From Macrostomum lignano (lineage: Eukaryota), in assembly GCA_002269645.1 (NCBI GenBank), contig NIVC01000064.1, positions 186,001 through 250,000 on the forward strand: a stretch of DNA of 64,000 nucleotides. Direction: 5' to 3'. The translations under genes and the position numbers were made by a program. Below the pieces are notes generated by a model. That model was not told where the DNA came from. It worked only from the letters and a program-made list of their open reading frames with translations, and did not search any database. The stretch's first letter is position 1. Every line of letters begins with the position of its first letter. Of the stretch, positions 58,001 through 64,000 are shown piece by piece.

Positions 58001-61000
58001 GTGAGAATAGACAATAAAGTATAAATAAAGACATTGGAGTTAGAAGAGAAAGGTGAGAATAGAAACAATGGGGTGAGAATAAAGGCAGTGGGTGAGAATA
58101 GAGACAGTGGAGTGAGAATAGAGACAAAGCGGTGAGAGTGGAGACAGTAGGTAAGAATAGATAGTGGAGCGAGAATAGAGACAGTATGTAAGAATAGAGA
58201 TAGTGGGTAACAATAGAGATAGTGGAGTGAGGATAGAGACAAAGGTGTGAGAATAGAGACAAAGGGGTGAGAATGGAGACAGTAGGTAAGAATAGAGATA
58301 GTGGAGTGAGAATAGAGACAAAGGTGTGAGAAAAGAGATAGTGGGGTGAGAGCCAGGGGGGATGTGAGAATACAATAAAACATATAAACATGAGAGAGCA
58401 GACAAAAACAAGAATAGACAAATGAGTAAGGACTCACCTGCTCATCAGCTTCCACGCGTTCGCCCTGCCTCCATCTAACCAGCTCGGCGCGCAATGAGGC
58501 CACAATGCCCAACAGTTTCTCATTCTTAGCCTTCTCAATCTCGTAGCGTCTCTGCCACTCTTCGGCTGTGAGTTGAATCTGCTGTGCAACAGAATTCTTA
58601 ATAGTCTTAGCCCGAACGCCAAACATTAGTGTGGATTTAGTCTCGGCAGCATTATAAGAGGCCGGAGAACAGCAGATTAGCATAGTAGTCTTGGCATTGC
58701 CGCCAAGAGACTCTTGCAATATGCGAGTGAGCTTGGAGTCGCGATAGGGCACGTAGGCGTTATTCTCAACTAGAGCGTTGATCACATTGCCCAGAGTGGA
58801 TAGCGACTTGTTGATCATCTTGGCTTCGTCTAGGGTGACACCTTCGGCGCCGGTTTTGGACACCTTCTCGGAGCCGGCCAGATCAACTAGGTGAAGCTTG
58901 CCAAATAGGGTCTGCTGGTCCTCGGTGTTGGTTCGCTTGATTTTAATCATGAATACGCGATGGCTGCGCGAACTGACGGCGTTCATGTCTGCCAGCGGAT
59001 TGAAATATGAGCAATAATTAACACTAATTAGATGGCTACAGACGGAATCTATCTTCACAATCCCCTAATCGTCACAATCCCCTAATCGTCATATCAATCA
59101 CCTAATCTTTATATCAATCCCCTAATCTTCTTATCAATCCCCTAATCTTCATATTAATCCCCTAATCTTCATCACAATCCCCTAATCTTCAAAATCCCCT
59201 AATCTTCATCACAATCCAAGAATCTTCACAAATCCCTTAATCTTTACAATCTTTTAATCTTCATCACAATCCAATAGTCTTCACAATCCCCTAATCTTCT
59301 TCACAATCCAATAGTCTTCACAATCCCCTTAATCTTCATCAAAATCCAATAATCTTCACATATCCCTTTTAATTTTCTTCACAATCCCTTAATCTTTACA
59401 ATCATTTAATCTTCATCACAATTCAATAATCTTCACAAACCCTTAATTTTCACAATCTTCTAATCTTCATATCAATCAATCCCCTAATCTTTATCACAAT
59501 CCAATAATCTTCACAATCCCGTAATCTTCACAATCCTGTTTTCTTCACAATCCCCTTATTTTCACAATCTTAAAATCTTCAGAATCGCCTTATATTAGTT
59601 GTTAATATAATATATTATTATTACTAATATTACTCAATATAAGTAAGAAACTGTATCTAGCTGACATGAAACAACATACTTGTAGCCGTGACGTGGCAGT
59701 TCTGGCGACCCTTTTGAATCGTTTGGAAAATCTCGTCTGGATTCCACACTTGTACCTCTGTGACGCCCTGGAATGAGCAATGACAGTGAGTAGTACAGGC
59801 GTTGTTTGATAATACACTGGCCCTAAGGGAATTGCTGATTTTATAAAAGGGTGGTGGCTCAGCAACTGAGGATCTGGGAGGCTGGCCCAGCAACTGGGGA
59901 TCTGGTAGGCTGGCCCAGCAACTGGGGATTCGGGAGGGCAGCTCACCTTGATGTAGGGCACTCGCTTCTCAGTTTCATGGATAGGCAGGTTGGTATTGGA
60001 GCTATTAAGTAAGTCCTGGATCTTCTCCATGTACAGCTCCACGTAGGACACTTCAATTTCGAATTCGAATCTCGAGTCCAAGCCGTAGATGTAGCCGAAA
60101 ATGTCTTGAATAATTCGCGGTATAATGCCCTGATTGACAGGGTCGTCAAGGTCGCCCTCCATTGAGTGGGTCTTGCCAGAGGATGTTTGGCCATAAGCAA
60201 AGATTGTCCCATTGTAGCCATTCATAACATCGTCAACAATTGGCTTGGCAACAAAATCGTAGACATCAGCCTGGCTGTCATGGGGGCCGAATACGCGATC
60301 GAAGGTGTAGTTCTTGCCCTACAGAAAGAAAAGGGGTAAATTCTAAGGGAGTTTTACACAAACAAAATAATGTTCAGTTGAATTTTTTATAAATATATTA
60401 ATCTTTCAAAGCATTTTGGAAATATTTGAAACATGAACACTAACTAATTGATAACATGAAGCATATCCTACCACTAAAATTATTCACAATAAAAATGTAC
60501 TTGAAATTTTCAAAATGCTTTTTGACCTATATGACTAATTCCTTACATTGCTAGCATCAATTTATTAATGCAGAATTTATTAGATTTTCTACATGTCTTT
60601 TTTTACTTTCACTCTCTACTTTTATGGACTTAGATGTTTGAAACATGCCCCCCCCCTGTCTAATAACATGCATATTGGTATTACTACCAAATTAAAACAA
60701 AAAGTATCTACCTAAAATGAAGAAAAAGAAAAGAAAAACAAACATGGCACAATTTTAAAACACAAGAAATGCTTTATGGCAAAGCAATGACTTGCTAAAA
60801 GGTTTAATAATATTTAATGCTATAGGAAGGAAGTATAAAAAAGATTGACATAAAAACTTTATTTCATCAAGCTATTTTCATTAAAGGAAAATCATTTTTT
60901 GCATAATTTACAATTTTATTTTTTCAATTTAATTCAATTGTTTTTTCTTAGAAATGTAACAATGGTTTCCTTCTGTTTATAATAATAGAAGAACAGGTTC

Positions 61001-63938
61001 TTAGGCAAAGTTTTCAGGCAATGTTGTCAGCTCCTGGTCTGGATGTTTTTACCCTTTGATAGATGTTCTGTCTTCTAATGCAATTCCTAAGATTTTAAGT
61101 CTAGAGGTCTTATTCTGATTGTATTACTTTTTTCTATTAGGATTCATTTTTTGGTATATCCATATACTAAAAATGGTCTGTTGGTATCCATCTATCTATC
61201 TAGGTAGATATGTGACTTTTCCTAGAAATGGATATTTTGAAAGCTCTGCCATTTTGTTAAACTGTACAAATATTAGAAATATTTTGTATATTTTGCATAT
61301 TATTGTTTTGTTTTAAATAGTAACCATTGTCCTCTCTATAGGCGACTTTGCAGCAGTTTAACAGTAGATGGCAATTAGCAAAATCAAGGCTTGTAAACAT
61401 GGTTTATAAGAGAGGAAAAATGAGAGAATAGAAGAGATGATAGAGATGAGAGCAGAGATAAAAGGAGAAATGAGAAATGAGAGAACAGAATGAGATAGAA
61501 GAGAAGAAACAGAAAAGTGGAGACAAGAGTGGGAAGAAAAGATAAGAATAGAGAAGGAAAAGACAAGAGAGAAGAGAAAGCAAAAGAGAAGATAGAAGTT
61601 TCAAAGGATCCAAAGGATACAAAGAGAAACAGAGGCAGAGAACAGAGTTTGCCAATACACATTTTAAACAGACATTGCCTCATTCTATCAATGAGATCAA
61701 TGCTTGCCTCAAATCTTAGTTATATGAATTTATTTCATTTTATGTTTATCCTTATCTTAACCATCAAAAAGTTTTTTAAATGACTTCAGATATTAGAATA
61801 TAAGCAAAAAGTTCTAGGGATTGGAATCATACAAGTTTAAAATTTATAGGCTTCAATAGCTTGTTTGATATTAATAGAAGAATACTTATAGCAAATATAC
61901 TTCTATCAAACAAGCTTTGTATAAAGAAAATTAACACCAGAAAGCAAATCTATATATAAATGTTGCACTATTTGCTTGTCTATCTGTCTGCCCATCTATT
62001 GTTGATTTTTTTGAGAACCATCTAGCCATTTTTTTCAAATTTTAAAAACTTACTTATTTTTCAAGGATCATGCATAACTTTTTGATGAAAAATTCCAATG
62101 AGAAGTGTGTCAAATATTTGAAAAAAGATTTTTTATGCTATCAATGGTGCTCTATTTCTTAATTTATTTGCTCAGTTTAACCATTTAGGTCTAACCTTGG
62201 ACAATTTATCATGTAGAATGTACAATAAAGTTAAGGAGACATTTTATGACGCTTTACATAGCAGGCTCACAATTTGTAGGATTGTTTAAATTTTATTATT
62301 GTTTACCAACCAGTCTAATATAGACAATTGATAAAAGAATGGGTGCATAGGAGAGAGGGAGTTAAAAAGATAGCCTGAAATTTATCAAGCCCCTAAACTG
62401 CTCTGATCTTGATTGTCTTGTTTTATGAATACAACACTAGGTGGTATAATTTCAAATGGGGATAATAACAAATGGGCCCAATAAATTTAGAATTATTTGG
62501 CAAATTGGTATATAAAATTTATACCAATTGTCAATGGGTCAAAAAAATTACACCAATTGTTATAGAGTCAAATATTTTAAAAACAAAATTTTCATTGTTT
62601 GAATTTTTTATTTGAATGCCTATTATCAGGGGCTTGATGTTATAGTATGCTTATATACTTAGTAATATTGAAAAGTCGCCATCATAGAAGATTCTATCTA
62701 TGGTTGCCGCTTTTGAGAGTGCAAGTGAAAGTGAGAGTGAAGTGAGAGTGAAGAGTGAAGTGACACAAATTGCTACACCGTGGCAGGCTTAAGTTGAGGA
62801 ATAAAGTGGGGCCTACAATGTGCTAGGGTTTTGTTGAATAGATTAAAGCCATCTAATTAGTTTTCTTGTATCTTTTATTTCAGAATAGGCCCTAGTCCAA
62901 GATAAAATTGCTCAATGGCGTATAAAGTAGCAATTTTTCAATGTTGCTAAGTATATATAAAATTTTAAACAATGAAAAATAGATTTGGATTTGGAAGTTG
63001 GTTAAATATTCAAAAAAAAAGTTTTTTATGCTATCAATGTTTTGAATTTTAATGCCCCGATGGGGGCTTAATAGAGTATTTTATTCTATATTTATATGTA
63101 AATAGCATTTTAGTTATGTGTTGGAGGCTTGACAAAAGCCACACTCCAGATCATGTAGTATATGCCAAAAAATTCGGGCGTGCATTGGCCTTGCACGCCA
63201 AAATTAGGCGTGCATAGTTGGCGTGCATCACTCCTGAGAAAATAGTATGCGTGCACACCTGGCATGCACTTTATAGAATCACGAGTAAAAGTTATTGTAA
63301 AGTAGAAAAAGATGAAAAAAGTTCATTTTCAAGCACAAATTTTAAGCTTTCCAGGTTTTTCCAGCTCGTAAAAGACTATTTAAACAAATCTTTGCATGTA
63401 TAAACTTTCCGCTATTAATAGTATCGCCAAAAAAGCTTTAAAAGCAACAAAATTATCCAATATTAAAGGTCTATTACGCAATTTAAAAAAGGTCTTTTAT
63501 TGTCACAACGTAAAAAAGGTCATAAAATAATTATTGTTGCAACACCGGCATATTTTTGAGAACGGGCATGCACTAAATTTTTTTCGGTGTGCATTTGTAA
63601 TTATTCAATTTTTGTTCAGGCGTGCACCCAGCATGATCCGGACTATGGGACAAAAGTAGGACTTGAAATCAAACAAATGGGCCAAATATGTATTTTTATA
63701 TAACACCAACAATAACACAATTTTACACTATAGATGAAGTAAATCATAGTATCCTCAAAACACGCATAGCCCAAGGCTACAACTTATTTCATTTTTTAAA
63801 TTAAAGACATACCTGAATGCTGATTGATGTTTCATTGACAAGTGATAAGCAAAACTGACTTTGGAGTGCCAATTCATTGCTTAAAAGTGGACGAATACGG
63901 CAAACAACCTTAATATTTTCCGCTTTTGCTTCTACCAT
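55065..63938 (-). CDS. Khc: Kinesin-1 heavy chain, about 951 aa; exons 63813-63938, 59947-60318, 59680-59767, 58438-58988, 57454-57852, 55065-56384
   Basis: [11 protein letters not shown]-loop GQTSSGKT, switch I NAVSSRSH, switch II DLAGSEK, neck [12 protein letters not shown] and the kinesin-1 tail coil [40 protein letters not shown]. All junctions are phase-compatible. Confidence 0.95.
56640..57407. repeat. 18-bp minisatellite (CTGGGGGATGCTTGCTAT), about 42 units, Khc intron 5
   Basis: Direct reading. Confidence 0.96.
57895..58400. repeat. Degenerate GA-rich repeat of about 20 bp (GAGAATAGAGACAGTGG..), Khc intron 4
   Basis: Direct reading. Confidence 0.8.
59055..59590. repeat. Degenerate repeat of about 17-20 bp (CACAATCCCCTAATCTT), Khc intron 3
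   Basis: Direct reading. Confidence 0.8.
63144..63645. mobile_element. MITE-like element in Khc intron 1
   Basis: Inverted ends ACTCCAGATCATG ... CATGATCCGGACT with internal GGCGTGCA subrepeats. Confidence 0.5.
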
Positions 63939-64000
63939 GATTAGAACAACAGAAATGCAATATTACGTTAATTAATAAAAGAACCTAACTTGCGAAGGAA

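Overview
Eukaryotic (metazoan) genomic window with GC-rich exons and AT-rich or minisatellite-filled introns. The style suggests a free-living flatworm such as Macrostomum; this is inference, not demonstrated. Splice models were built by hand from GT-AG boundaries and reading-frame phase. Genes: DNA topoisomerase II (3 exons, minus), fumarylacetoacetase (intronless, minus), a basigin/neuroplastin-like Ig receptor (6 exons, minus), a divergent ionotropic glutamate receptor-like gene (minus), an F-box gene (minus), an unknown beta-rich/polyQ gene (plus) and kinesin heavy chain (6 exons, minus). There are also two degenerate RTE-type LINE insertions with target-site duplications, several MITE-like elements and more than a dozen different tandem arrays. 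Most notable observations: (1) a small terminal exon (22301-22489), absent from the ORF track as a minus-strand ORF, completes what looks like an S1/OB-fold nucleic-acid-binding domain in the cytoplasmic tail of the iGluR-like channel; (2) six exons of that gene are tandemly duplicated in frame, allowing either-or or double-module isoforms, although assembly duplication is not excluded; (3) the F-box gene has no ATG of its own before the F-box and may use a spliced-leader AUG, and it also needs a 23-nt intron or a 1-bp indel; (4) some minisatellites arose from a splice junction or a LINE RT segment, or lie inverted around a terminal exon.
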